A DNA stretch of 64,000 nt from Escherichia coli (GTDB taxonomy: Bacteria > Pseudomonadota > Gammaproteobacteria > Enterobacterales > Enterobacteriaceae), in the NCBI RefSeq assembly GCF_044324875.1, contig NZ_CP172185.1; one strand, written 5' to 3'. Positions 12,501-21,523 of the stretch are shown piece after piece. The notes beneath the pieces were generated by a model. That model searched no databases, was not told the origin of the DNA, and worked only from the letters and a program-made list of their open reading frames with translations. Within the stretch, counting starts at the first letter, position 1; each line of letters starts with the position of its first letter. Both the position numbers and the translations under genes were made by a program.

Positions 12501-13284
12501 ATCTTCTTGCAGTAAAACGAATCTTCCCGACCATGATTAGCGGGCAGGAGCGTCTTGCCTGTATGGATGATGCCGCCAGGCTGCGCGATGCTCTCGGCGT
12601 ACGACTACCAGAGTCACTGCCAGAGATTTATTTGCACCGAGTCAGTTACCCGCTTCGCGACCTCTTTCTGCGCTATCTCCGGGCTCATGCTCTGGTCACG
12701 TCTGAACAACTGGCTCATGAGTTTAGTCTCGGTACTGCCATTGTCGAAGAGCAACTTCAGCAACTGCGCGAACAGGGGCTGGTGATGAATCTGCAACAAG
12801 ACATCTGGGTGAGCGATGAAGTATTTCGTCGTCTGCGTTTGCGCTCGCTGCAAGCCGCCAGAGAAGCGACACGTCCCGTTGCGGCCACGACCTATGCGCG
12901 ATTGCTGCTGGAACGTCAGGGCGTATTACCCGCCACCGATGGTAGCCCGGCACTCTTTGCCTCAACATCGCCAGGCGTTTATGAGGGCGTGGATGGCGTG
13001 ATGCGGGTGATCGAACAGCTTGCTGGCGTTGGTTTACCCGCCTCACTCTGGGAAAGCCAGATCCTGCCTGCCCGCGTACGCGACTATTCGCCAGAAATGC
13101 TCGATGAATTACTGGCAACCGGTGCGGTTATCTGGTCGGGGCAAAAAAAGCTGGGTGAAGATGACGGTCTGGTGGCACTGCATCTACAGGAATATGCCGC
13201 AGAATCGTTCACTCCCGCCGAAGCAGATCAGGCGAATCGTTCGGCGCTGCAGCAAGCGATAATCGCTGTTCTGGCTGACGGAGG
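9584..13284 (+). pseudogene. lhr: lhr (large ATP-dependent helicase) 5' portion: in-frame TAA at 11030-11032, then truncated by prophage insertion
   Basis: ORFs 9584..11032 and 11099..13297 are in the same frame, separated by a single TAA; Walker A GSGKT and DEVH helicase motifs; frame runs into the prophage left end and stops at 13295-13297. Confidence 0.85.
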
Positions 13285-13297
13285 TGATCAGACATGA

Positions 13298-13327
13298 GAT
13301 AAATGAAGGGGGATCCGTGAGATAAAT
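13298..13327. repeat. left-end terminal repeats (GAGATAAAT x2), putative transposase binding sites
   Basis: GATAAAT at 13298-13304 and 13321-13327, mirrored at the right end. Confidence 0.4.
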
Positions 13328-13480
13328 AACGAATTGGAGTGGGTTAACATGGGTTCTGGTGAACAGAACTGAAATTCTTTTCCGCTATACGATAGATAAG
13401 TCGGGCATTGAAATCATCCTTCCTGGCAACTTAGAATCGAGTTTGCTGAAACATGACCCGCAACAAAAAGGATGATTCCA

Positions 13481-13642
13481 ATGACTACTCAAAACAATAA
13501 GCATGATAGCCTGGATTACTCAGAAAAGCCCAAAAGCAAGCACATCGTGACGTTCGAGCGCGATTCCGGTAGAAAAGGAGAATCGTCTTCCTCTGCCAAT
13601 AAAACCACTATGCCGGCAGCCCCTGCCCCAGGGAAAAAATAA
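13481..13642 (+). CDS. hypothetical small hydrophilic protein (53 aa); may be spurious
   Basis: ATG with AAGGA 9 bp upstream; low-complexity Ser/Lys-rich product; convergent with the membrane-protein gene (3-bp gap). Confidence 0.25.
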   Translation: MTTQNNKHDSLDYSEKPKSKHIVTFERDSGRKGESSSSANKTTMPAAPAPGKK

Positions 13643-13645
13643 ACA

Positions 13646-14278
13646 TCATTCATCGTTCGTTGCACGAACGCGCCTGATCTCCACTCTGGCAATCTGATCT
13701 GCTGGAATATAGGTTGCCAGAGCTCCCCAGTACTTATCAACCACGCCTTTATACTCTTCCCATTCGTTACTGCCTGAAGGGCTGCTGTGCGTGACGTAAA
13801 GAACCATATCGCCTTTATTCCCCAGGGTAAACGGACCGTTAGGCCACTCTTCAAAGTTCCCTGGCAGCCGTGACATCATACCGGAACCATCGCGAAGAAT
13901 CACTCTGACCTCGGTAACGCTGAAGCCTGTTTGATCAAACATTGCCTGCCATGCTGAGCTGGTATCGTCAGACCATGAAATATCATTATTCCACAGTAAT
14001 CTGTACATCCATTTGCGACCGTACCTGCGCCACCACGCACCGCATGTAACGGCACACAGAAGTGCTGGTGGTGTTGCCAGCCAGGCATTCAGACCTGCCC
14101 ACATAACAGCCTGGTAAGCCATCATTGCTGTCAGGCCAAAAATCAGCGAAGAAAAAGTCACCTCAATGGGCTTGTGGTGATCCTTCAGTCCCACATTCGC
14201 AATAAAATACCCAATATAGCCACTGGTCAGGGTCACCAGTGTTGCCCATGGCAGATTTAACAACGAAACGTCAAACAT
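13646..14278 (-). CDS. prophage accessory membrane protein (about 3 TM helices plus ~120-aa soluble C-terminal domain), function unknown
   Basis: Start at MFDVSLLNL with GGGAGA SD 7 nt upstream; the longer ORF to 14356 would begin inside the terminator hairpin. Confidence 0.6.
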   Translation of the reverse strand: MFDVSLLNLPWATLVTLTSGYIGYFIANVGLKDHHKPIEVTFSSLIFGLTAMMAYQAVMWAGLNAWLATPPALLCAVTCGAWWRRYGRKWMYRLLWNNDISWSDDTSSAWQAMFDQTGFSVTEVRVILRDGSGMMSRLPGNFEEWPNGPFTLGNKGDMVLYVTHSSPSGSNEWEEYKGVVDKYWGALATYIPADQIARVEIRRVRATNDE

Positions 14279-14315
14279 ATTTTCTCCCTGCATCCTGAAT
14301 ACTAAAGAGAGAGCA

Positions 14316-14351
14316 TAAAAAAAGCACGGTAAGGGGTCTACCGTGCTTTTA
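14316..14351. terminator. bidirectional rho-independent terminator between early operon (mor) and left-end accessory gene
   Basis: A-run, 9-bp stem AGCACGGTA / TACCGTGCT with 7-nt loop, T-run. Confidence 0.55.
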
Positions 14352-14392
14352 TACAATAAGGAGATTTTTGAAAGGACTTTAACAAGCAGGAA

Positions 14393-14791
14393 TTATCTGG
14401 ATTTGTTAACGTCTTTCGTCTCCTCTGGCAGATCTTCATCAAACAACCTGCCCTGCATCCGATCCAGTTCTTCTTTTCTGACCCGCTTAACCACGCTGTA
14501 GACCCACTGAAGCGAAACACCAAACTTGCGGGCCAGTTCGTGGTGGTTGCGTCCGTTAAACTCCCTGAAGATTTCCCGGTCGCGCTGACTGACCTTCCAT
14601 ACCATGCCCATCGGGAAATAAACGTTTTGCCCGCCCCAGACCTGCATCATTCGGTTCGCGACGGCCTGACCAATCTGGTCGGCAATTGCGGGCTCAATAT
14701 CAATAATCTCGCGAACGGTCTCAGAGGTATGCTGTGCCAGCTCCACCAGGAGTTCCGGCCCTTTACTTCGAAACTGATTCAGGTCGCTCAT
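14393..14791 (-). CDS. mor: Mor-family middle/late transcription activator
   Basis: 132-aa ORF with the C-terminal segment FREFNGRNHHELARKFGVSLQWVYSVVKRVRK matching Mu Mor. Confidence 0.8.
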   Translation of the reverse strand: MSDLNQFRSKGPELLVELAQHTSETVREIIDIEPAIADQIGQAVANRMMQVWGGQNVYFPMGMVWKVSQRDREIFREFNGRNHHELARKFGVSLQWVYSVVKRVRKEELDRMQGRLFDEDLPEETKDVNKSR

Positions 14792-15254
14792 GTTTTACTC
14801 CCGCAGCTCTGTGCTGCCACTTCTTCAGTTTCTCAATAACACTGCTTGCCTGTTCAGTATTGAGCCAGCGCAGGGCGCTGATGCCCGTTTCCCGCTTGAT
14901 CCACCGCGCTAATGCATTTTCTGAACGGTCACGAACAATGCCGGCAGCAGCCATTTCAAGCCATAGCGCACGGATTTTCCTGGACTGCGGATGGTTATCC
15001 AGCGGTAAACCGGAGCTGGCTTTTCCGGCAGGCTTAACGCGAAAGCCTTTCCTTTTCATGGATTCCAGCACGCAGTTTAGTTGTGTGGTATCCATTCCTT
15101 TGGTTGAGGCTTTACCGGTCAGCCCCTGTAACATCTGGCGATAGGTGTCTTCATCCATACCCAGTTCATTACGGGCAATATGAATGAGCTGGATAAGACG
15201 TTGTTTAGTCATCATCGTTGCTCCTTTTACCTGCGCCACCGATATAATCGACAT
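14763..15254 (-). CDS. GemA/gp16-like protein (DUF1018)
   Basis: 163-aa ORF immediately upstream of mor as in Mu; family recognised from memory. Confidence 0.6.
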   Translation of the reverse strand: MSIISVAQVKGATMMTKQRLIQLIHIARNELGMDEDTYRQMLQGLTGKASTKGMDTTQLNCVLESMKRKGFRVKPAGKASSGLPLDNHPQSRKIRALWLEMAAAGIVRDRSENALARWIKRETGISALRWLNTEQASSVIEKLKKWQHRAAGVKHERPESVSK

Positions 15255-15420
15255 ATAAAGGAAGCGCCACAGGCCAGCACAGGAACATCACCGACCAGCT
15301 AATCCAGTAGCCGGCACCACTGTAACGTGAATAAAACCCTGAACGGCGGTGCAGTTCAGCAGTACACCAACCGACAAAACAATACCAGAACAGGGCACAT
15401 ACAACAGATTCAGCCGTCAT
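15205..15420 (-). CDS. small membrane protein (about 72 aa)
   Basis: ATG overlaps upstream stop (ATGACGGCTGA); G-rich SD; hydrophobic product. Confidence 0.4.
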   Translation of the reverse strand: MTAESVVCALFWYCFVGWCTAELHRRSGFYSRYSGAGYWISWSVMFLCWPVALPLYVDYIGGAGKRSNDDD

Positions 15421-15640
15421 TCTGAATATCCCCCCAACTGATATGAATATTACGGGCAGCAATGACAGGGTCGTTATTCCACCATGCACCTGACATGTAT
15501 TTTTCAACCTGTTCGCGTCCGGCAATAACACCAATTGTGATCCCCGGCCTGACGTTCTTAAAAAAGGCGCGGGCAAAAAGGTATCTGGCAGATATTCGGC
15601 AGGCTTTTAATTTCCGGCTGTTACCTGATAGCGTAATCAT
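15410..15640 (-). CDS. hypothetical early protein (76 aa)
   Basis: ATG with TGGAGG SD; start overlaps stop of upstream gene. Confidence 0.4.
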   Translation of the reverse strand: MITLSGNSRKLKACRISARYLFARAFFKNVRPGITIGVIAGREQVEKYMSGAWWNNDPVIAARNIHISWGDIQNDG

Positions 15641-16320
15641 CTGGCCTCCAGTTTCTGTTGTTCCTGCCCACTGACCGGGCGGTGCAGTCTGACGTTCTGC
15701 CCTTCACGAAACCCCGCATAGCGCGAGGCGTCGCCATTGCGGCTTCTTCCCGGTTTACGCGCCCTGGTGGTTTGCGTCTGCGGGTATTTATGTTCCAGCC
15801 ACTGCTGCATCAGTTCACGCTCATCATCGGTCAGGGCAAAGGACTGTATTTCACTGATAACGGCCAGCACCCAGCCTTCGGCAAACTGGTCTCCACGGCT
15901 GGTGCGGGTGGCGGTTTTTATTCTTTTGTTCTGTGCACTGATATACTGCTGACGCGCCTTTTTCAGCTGACGGGCCAGCACTTCCCAGGTGTATGCAGCC
16001 AGTGCCGCACGTTCCCGGTTGCCGTAGAACCCCACAGACGGATGCGTGCCGGGGTGAATGATGGAGTTAACACCAAATACCTCGCGGATGATGTTCATCA
16101 GGCCTGGCATGTAGCGCGGTGGACGGAGACTGCCTGTCGGCCAGTAGTGACTGATGGTTTCATCAATATCACTCATAGCAATGTCGGAATGTGTGATGCC
16201 GTGAACATCCATCAGTTTACGGGCTCGGCGCAGTGCCAGAGCGGCCTCGTGCGGGTTGCCGGATGCGGCCAGCGCCAGCAACTTTTTCAGTTTCTCAATG
16301 TGTTTATTCTGGTCTGTCAT
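15637..16320 (-). CDS. early protein with DUF2786-like N-terminus (IEKLKKLLALAASGNPHEAALALRRARKLM)
   Basis: Start at MTDQNK with GGAG upstream, overlapping upstream stop (ATGA); family assignment tentative. Confidence 0.5.
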   Translation of the reverse strand: MTDQNKHIEKLKKLLALAASGNPHEAALALRRARKLMDVHGITHSDIAMSDIDETISHYWPTGSLRPPRYMPGLMNIIREVFGVNSIIHPGTHPSVGFYGNRERAALAAYTWEVLARQLKKARQQYISAQNKRIKTATRTSRGDQFAEGWVLAVISEIQSFALTDDERELMQQWLEHKYPQTQTTRARKPGRSRNGDASRYAGFREGQNVRLHRPVSGQEQQKLEAR

Positions 16321-16532
16321 TGTTCTGTATCTCCGGTATTTTTCTGCCGTTTCCATGCCCGGACAGCGTCGGACAGCTCTTTCAGGCTGTATGCTGCTTT
16401 AAGCTTTTCCCATAACCACTGTGTTGTTATGTGCATCAGCAGGGCAGCCAGGGCTGCCCCCGCACTGAGGCATGTCGCCAGGCCAGTAAGAATCAGTATC
16501 CATGCGGTGATTTCCCTGAGTATGTCAGCCAT
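16317..16532 (-). CDS. small membrane protein (71 aa)
   Basis: Hydrophobic core ILILTGLATCLSAGAALAALL; translationally coupled to downstream gene. Confidence 0.45.
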   Translation of the reverse strand: MADILREITAWILILTGLATCLSAGAALAALLMHITTQWLWEKLKAAYSLKELSDAVRAWKRQKNTGDTEQ

Positions 16533-16546
16533 TGAATGCCTCCCGG

Positions 16547-16843
16547 TTACTCGTTCGTGTAAATCACGCCCAGTCGTGCAGCCAGACGTTCCAGTTTTTT
16601 CTGTTTGTGGAAGTCAATCAGCCGGTCCATCCCCTGAAGGCGCAATTGCTCTGTCATGATTTCCACGTCTGCCAGCTCTGCCGCGAGGTCGCTTTCGCTG
16701 CCCTGTCCGTTCAGATTGCGGGCAGCACTGGCCGCCAGTTCAGCGGCCTCTTCTGTCAGTTTCAGGGCCTGTGCGTCCGGCCCGAAACGCTGCAGGGCCA
16801 GACGGTAGAGGGCGGTGCGGGTGAGTATGGTGTTCCGTGTCAT
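16547..16843 (-). CDS. hypothetical early protein (98 aa)
   Basis: ORF in co-directional tight array of early genes. Confidence 0.45.
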   Translation of the reverse strand: MTRNTILTRTALYRLALQRFGPDAQALKLTEEAAELAASAARNLNGQGSESDLAAELADVEIMTEQLRLQGMDRLIDFHKQKKLERLAARLGVIYTNE

Positions 16844-16852
16844 GCCGCGCCC

Positions 16853-17125
16853 TCAGTGCTTCCGGCTGACGGTGATGTGCAGGCCGCCTTCTGCAGTGGT
16901 TTCCATCCGGTACGGCACCTCATGCTCTGCCGTGTGGGTGAGTGTGTTCATCAGTACCTGCAGGGCAGCCGCCTTTCCGTTGGTTGCCACAATGGCCTGT
17001 GTGGTCATGCTGATTAGCGCCGTCAGGACGTGCTTCACATCGGTGAGGTCGCGGCATTCACACTCGTTGACATAGTGTTCAACAAGGGTTCGGGTGCGCT
17101 GTCGTGCTTCCTGTGGGGTAATCAT
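16853..17125 (-). CDS. hypothetical early protein (90 aa)
   Basis: ORF in early gene array; stop overlaps next start. Confidence 0.45.
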   Translation of the reverse strand: MITPQEARQRTRTLVEHYVNECECRDLTDVKHVLTALISMTTQAIVATNGKAAALQVLMNTLTHTAEHEVPYRMETTAEGGLHITVSRKH

Positions 17126-17316
17126 TGCGAGTCCTCCCTGTCAGGGCGGGAGAATTCCATGACGGGCACGTCTGCCGAAAAATGCTGGCTGCAGTACGGG
17201 CAGACCAGGGTGACGCGTACCGCAGGGATGTGGTATTTACCGGACATCACGGCGATGGCGCTGTGAAAACGCAGGGCTGTTATATCCCTCTCGCACTGAA
17301 TACATTTAAATATCAT
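17122..17316 (-). CDS. small zinc-ribbon protein (CxxC...CxxC)
   Basis: 64-aa ORF with CIQC and CPYC pairs. Confidence 0.45.
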   Translation of the reverse strand: MIFKCIQCERDITALRFHSAIAVMSGKYHIPAVRVTLVCPYCSQHFSADVPVMEFSRPDREDSQ

Positions 17317-17413
17317 GATTTAATTCTCCTCTGTTTCCGGCGTGCAGAAGCCCGCGGCGCTGACGCCGGAATAAAAAAGAAAATGTTTTTATTAAATAAT
17401 TAACGTGGTGTGT

Positions 17414-17944
17414 TTACTGCACATCCTGCTCAAAAGGAATTATTGAAAAATCCTCAATGTCGCTTTTAATGGAAATACCGGGAATATTTTTCACGGCCTC
17501 TTTTTCATTCAGGATAGCGTCTTTATTTATTTCCTCTTTTACACGAATAAAGCGCTCAAGCCCCAGACGTCTCAGTAATTCAATAACATTATCCGCCCCA
17601 CGGATACTGACTGATGGCGGACGGTTTCGCCACTGCACCTCGCCGGTGGTAAGGTTAGCGAACTTCACCTTCCCGTTGCCGGTCAGTTCATCACGGTGCG
17701 CCTCACACCATGTCTGGATACCGGACTGCAGTTCGGCCATGCGTTTTTTCAGGCTCTCGGTGAGCGGGGCATAACGTGCGGTGATATCGCCAATGGCGTC
17801 ATTCATTTCTGTTTCAGCCCTGACCAGTTCACGTTGTGCGTCACCGAGTAGTCTGATTCCCTCAATGACCTCTTCGCGTGTCCCTGGTACCCAGAGTGCC
17901 GCTGCGGCCTTGATACGTTTTGCCCCTTTTGTACTTTTTGCCAT
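17414..17944 (-). CDS. gam: Gam-like host-nuclease inhibitor (Mu Gam family)
   Basis: 176-aa ORF aligns along its length with recalled Mu Gam (TEMNDAI, WCEA.RDELT, RPPSVSIRG, GLERFIR, EDFSIIPFEQ). Confidence 0.85.
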   Translation of the reverse strand: MAKSTKGAKRIKAAAALWVPGTREEVIEGIRLLGDAQRELVRAETEMNDAIGDITARYAPLTESLKKRMAELQSGIQTWCEAHRDELTGNGKVKFANLTTGEVQWRNRPPSVSIRGADNVIELLRRLGLERFIRVKEEINKDAILNEKEAVKNIPGISIKSDIEDFSIIPFEQDVQ

Positions 17945-17971
17945 ATTTTATGATTTCTCCGGTTGTGCTGA

Positions 17972-18241
17972 TTACCACAAAGATTCCGGCCACACGACGC
18001 GACAGCCGTGCAGTTCGAAAACGCCCTGACGGAAATATCCCCTGTGGTCATGTCCGGTATACAGATAACAGGCCTTTCCCTGCTCAAGCATGCGCATGCA
18101 ATGCGCACTCCGGGAAACGCGGATGACAGGTTTGTTACCCCTGATGGTGATGCTTTGTACATCCGTGTTCGTCGCCTTAAGCGCCATAATGGCTGACTGC
18201 ACTTTGCTGATTTGCTGGTTGATACCTGTGGTGGATTTCAT
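17972..18241 (-). CDS. hypothetical early protein at the kil position (89 aa)
   Basis: Sits between MuB-like and gam-like genes, where kil lies in Mu; no sequence assignment. Confidence 0.4.
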   Translation of the reverse strand: MKSTTGINQQISKVQSAIMALKATNTDVQSITIRGNKPVIRVSRSAHCMRMLEQGKACYLYTGHDHRGYFRQGVFELHGCRVVWPESLW

Positions 18242-18243
18242 TA

Positions 18244-19410
18244 TTAAACTCCTTTGACAACGTCAGCGTTGACCTGTGGAACCCCGATTTCAGCGGCCAG
18301 ATTCATGGCGGCTATTACCAGGTTACTGACGGCCAGCGGATACAGCAGGCTGACCATATTTTTACGATGACTTCCCGGATTGCTCAGGCGGGCACGTATG
18401 GCATCCACTGCGCTGGCGTCCATAATGTCCGTCAGTTGTTTACCGGCCCGTTGCAGTTTGAACGTCAGAAATTCTTCAAGGTTATTGTCCAGAGGCAGAA
18501 GTTCGACCACCTCACAGCGCTGAACGACTTCACGGACTTCCATATTGCGTTCAGACAGTTTTGTCGCCAGTTCCGGCTGGCCAATCAGCACGATGGACAG
18601 CAGTTTTTTGAAACCGGACTCCAGCTCAAAAAAGCGTTTGAGGTGTTTCAGTGTCGGAATGGGCAGACTGTGGGCCTCCTCAATCACCAGAACGTGGCTG
18701 AACCCCGCCTGGCTGCTGTCTTTCAGGACGCGATGCAACTGGCGAAAGCGGGCGTCCTGACTGCGTCTGATGCTTTCCAGTGGTGCGATGGTACTGATAA
18801 TGGCTTCGGCAATAGCTGCTGCCTTCAGGGTTTTCCCTTTCACATCGTTGTCTTCCATAGCGATGATGTATGGCTCGATAACAATTACCGGCGCATTCTC
18901 GCGGTTAATACGTTCAGTCAGGTCGCGGCGCAGCGTGGATTTACCCGCACCGGACTCACCGATGACGGCCATAAACCCACCATGACGGGCTGTCTGGTAC
19001 AGCGCCTCACGCACGTAGCGAATGTCCGGGGTGGTGAACACATCATCAGAACCCTGCATGGCTTCATCGGCGAACGGGTCACGGAAAAGACCAAACGCTT
19101 TTTTGGTTGCTGGAAATAACACCTGTTTTTTGAGTAACATATTCTCTTCCTCACTGAGGCTCGTTTTATCTGTGGTACCCGCTGTACGGGGCGTGGCCGC
19201 GCCCTGTACAGCATCAAAACTCTTCGTTGTATCAATCCCCTGACTTTCCAGCCAGGACGCAAGACGCCGGCGCACTTCTCCGGGGCTGGTGCGGGGCCAC
19301 GCGTTATGATTCACAATCTGGGCCAGCGTGGCCTCAGAAACATCGACAGCTCTCGCCGCCACCGCCTGTGGAATACGGGCCTCTTTCAGTTGCTGCTTCA
19401 GTACCAGCAT
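18244..19410 (-). CDS. MuB-like transposition ATPase (AAA+)
   Basis: Walker A GESGAGKST; ATG at 19408-19410 preceded by GAGGAGGG SD; directly downstream of transposase. Confidence 0.75.
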   Translation of the reverse strand: MLVLKQQLKEARIPQAVAARAVDVSEATLAQIVNHNAWPRTSPGEVRRRLASWLESQGIDTTKSFDAVQGAATPRTAGTTDKTSLSEEENMLLKKQVLFPATKKAFGLFRDPFADEAMQGSDDVFTTPDIRYVREALYQTARHGGFMAVIGESGAGKSTLRRDLTERINRENAPVIVIEPYIIAMEDNDVKGKTLKAAAIAEAIISTIAPLESIRRSQDARFRQLHRVLKDSSQAGFSHVLVIEEAHSLPIPTLKHLKRFFELESGFKKLLSIVLIGQPELATKLSERNMEVREVVQRCEVVELLPLDNNLEEFLTFKLQRAGKQLTDIMDASAVDAIRARLSNPGSHRKNMVSLLYPLAVSNLVIAAMNLAAEIGVPQVNADVVKGV

Positions 19411-19420
19411 GTTTCCCTCC

Positions 19421-21190
19421 TCAGTTGCCGTTAACAATGCTGATAACGCTGCTGCGGGCCGGCGTGGTCAGCGTGGCCATGACTTCATCCAGTGCGGCTT
19501 CCGGTACGCCGTCCGGGTACTGTGCTGTTAACTGGCGGTAATGTTCCGGCGTCCAGGTCAGGCCGTCGGCGCTGAACTTATCGCGCAGGGCTTTCGCGGC
19601 CTCCACATGAGTCATGGGACGCTGTTCAGTGCGCGGTCCGCGTACGTCAGAGGCCTGACCACGCTTCGGTATACAGGCCGGAAGTGTGGCGTCATCAATA
19701 TGTTTATACGGGTCAAGCCGCCCGCCGAACGGCAGCGCCTTCGCCTTGCGTGCGGCAGCTGCATCTGCGGCGTTGTCTGTACCGGTGACCAGCGCTTCGG
19801 TTTCTTTTGCCGCCATCTGCGCCGGGGTTTCCGGCAGGGCTTTGTAACTTTCGCCAAATACCGCCGCGCCTTCAGCAAAGCCAAACTCGTTCTTTCTGAC
19901 CTCTTCGACCAGGAAGAACGTCTCGTGGCCGTCCTCACCGGTCAGAACCACCTGTGCCACATCGCTGCGCCACGGGTTACGGGTAATCATCAGTTTTTCA
20001 CCGACCAGTACGCCCGGTACCGTTGATACGTCAAATTCAGTGCCCCGGAACGAGACACGAAGTTTTGGCGTGACTTTGCGGAGTTCTGGTGCCGCCACAG
20101 CCAGTTCACGACATACCTCAACGGAAGGCGCTTTTTTCAGCTGCTCAGCAGTAATCTTCAGCCAGATATCCGTGCGGGTTTTACCGTGGCGGCTGTGAAC
20201 AGCCGTGGCGTTAAAGTGGCTGCGCCATTTCGCGGCCAGCGCGTTGAGTTCTTCCAGACTGTGAACCGGCCGGAACTTCAGACCCGGCTCCAGCTTGCGT
20301 TCGATAATGTCACGCGCCTTTTCCACCTGTCCGGTGGCGCGGGCGTTATGCGGCTTGTGCGCTATCAGGTCGATGCCCAGTGAGCGGCACATGTTTTTCG
20401 TCATACCCGCGGTGTTTGCCGAGCCGGGGTCGAGATAGAGTATTTTTGGCACGCCGTGCAGCACGTCTGCGCCGCCACGCTCCTGCATGGCGTTGATAAG
20501 CACAGAACACAGGTTCTCACCGGATTCCGCACCCGTCACATACTCAACGTAAATCCAGCCGCTGGCATGGTCGGTAATCTCGTAACTCCACACGCGGTCA
20601 CTGGCGATACGGGCAAGGTTAGCGGGCTTGTTTTTGTAGAATTTCGCGCTGTCCATCACCTGCAGCCCTTTATGTCCATTGCTCAGGTAGTAAAGCGTGC
20701 AGAGTGAGGCGTCAATCTGCCAGACATGATTGGGGTGCAGACTGGCCACTTCGGTATGCGGTGCAGGGGCATCCAGTTGTTCCGGGTGCAGGCCATAGTT
20801 ACGCAGGGCACGACTGATGGCATCTTCGGACAACGGGAAAAACTCACCGGTGGTTTCATCTGTTCTGCCTGCGGAGATAAAGCCGTTAGCCCGCAGGGTT
20901 TCCACTGCATCCGCGATGGAATAGAGACGCTTACCGTTCTTGCGGGTGGCCTCACGTAGTGTGGCAGATATCAGCGCGGCTTCGTCGCGGGTCAGGGTGC
21001 TGCGTCCGGCATCGGCGCGTTTTTTGCGTTTATCAGTCACAGAGACCTCCTTCAGCCTGCGCAGCAGAGTGGCGCGGGACATGCCAAGTTCAGCACAGGC
21101 AGCGTCGTATATTGCACCGCGTTTACCATGCCCCGCATTACGTGCCGCGCGGGCTGTTTCAACAAGTTTTTCAGTCAGTGCCGGGGTCAT
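19421..21190 (-). CDS. DDE transposase (Mu A-like function, rve-type catalytic core with N-terminal HTH)
   Basis: 589-aa ORF; HTH RATLLRRLKEV; HVWQIDASLC core; position upstream of MuB-like gene. Confidence 0.8.
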   Translation of the reverse strand: MTPALTEKLVETARAARNAGHGKRGAIYDAACAELGMSRATLLRRLKEVSVTDKRKKRADAGRSTLTRDEAALISATLREATRKNGKRLYSIADAVETLRANGFISAGRTDETTGEFFPLSEDAISRALRNYGLHPEQLDAPAPHTEVASLHPNHVWQIDASLCTLYYLSNGHKGLQVMDSAKFYKNKPANLARIASDRVWSYEITDHASGWIYVEYVTGAESGENLCSVLINAMQERGGADVLHGVPKILYLDPGSANTAGMTKNMCRSLGIDLIAHKPHNARATGQVEKARDIIERKLEPGLKFRPVHSLEELNALAAKWRSHFNATAVHSRHGKTRTDIWLKITAEQLKKAPSVEVCRELAVAAPELRKVTPKLRVSFRGTEFDVSTVPGVLVGEKLMITRNPWRSDVAQVVLTGEDGHETFFLVEEVRKNEFGFAEGAAVFGESYKALPETPAQMAAKETEALVTGTDNAADAAAARKAKALPFGGRLDPYKHIDDATLPACIPKRGQASDVRGPRTEQRPMTHVEAAKALRDKFSADGLTWTPEHYRQLTAQYPDGVPEAALDEVMATLTTPARSSVISIVNGN

Positions 21191-21205
21191 AGCTTGTCTT
21201 CCCTG

Positions 21206-21523
21206 TTATCCGATTCTGGCGGCAATTTTTCTGGCACGGTCGCGCAGGGTTTCGCCATCGCAGGTTTTCACCACGTTATTTACCGGTTGCGGCGCAACTG
21301 CCGGGCGCAATGCTGACTGATGCTGCAGACGTCTTATCTGCTGCATCAGCATCACTTCCATCGTCAGTACAAACGGATGCGCCTCCTGTGCGGGTACGCA
21401 GATTTCACCGGAAGGTGTCACCACGCGGAAACCCTGCACCATCTCCGGCAGCAGATTACACAGTGCGTGCCCCAGTGCCTCCGGGCTGTCCATCAGGATA
21501 TTTTGTGTGTTATCCGTGTTCAT
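21206..21523 (-). CDS. hypothetical early protein (105 aa)
   Basis: ORF between ner-like and transposase genes. Confidence 0.4.
   Translation of the reverse strand: MNTDNTQNILMDSPEALGHALCNLLPEMVQGFRVVTPSGEICVPAQEAHPFVLTMEVMLMQQIRRLQHQSALRPAVAPQPVNNVVKTCDGETLRDRARKIAARIG

Noticed and set aside
9584-13297. Two separate helicase genes (ORFs 9584..11032 and 11099..13297)
   Set aside because: Same frame, separated by one TAA, with helicase sequence continuous across the stop; treated as one lhr pseudogene, and the last 13 nt belong to the prophage end.
13516-13854. Minus-strand ORF 13516..13854 (112 aa)
   Set aside because: It overlaps the 3' end of the membrane-protein gene in another frame and has no translation signals.
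14293-14356. Longer start for the left-end membrane protein (M at 14356 or 14293)
   Set aside because: Those starts lie inside or directly after the terminator hairpin and lack an SD; MFDV at 14278 has a GGGAGA SD.
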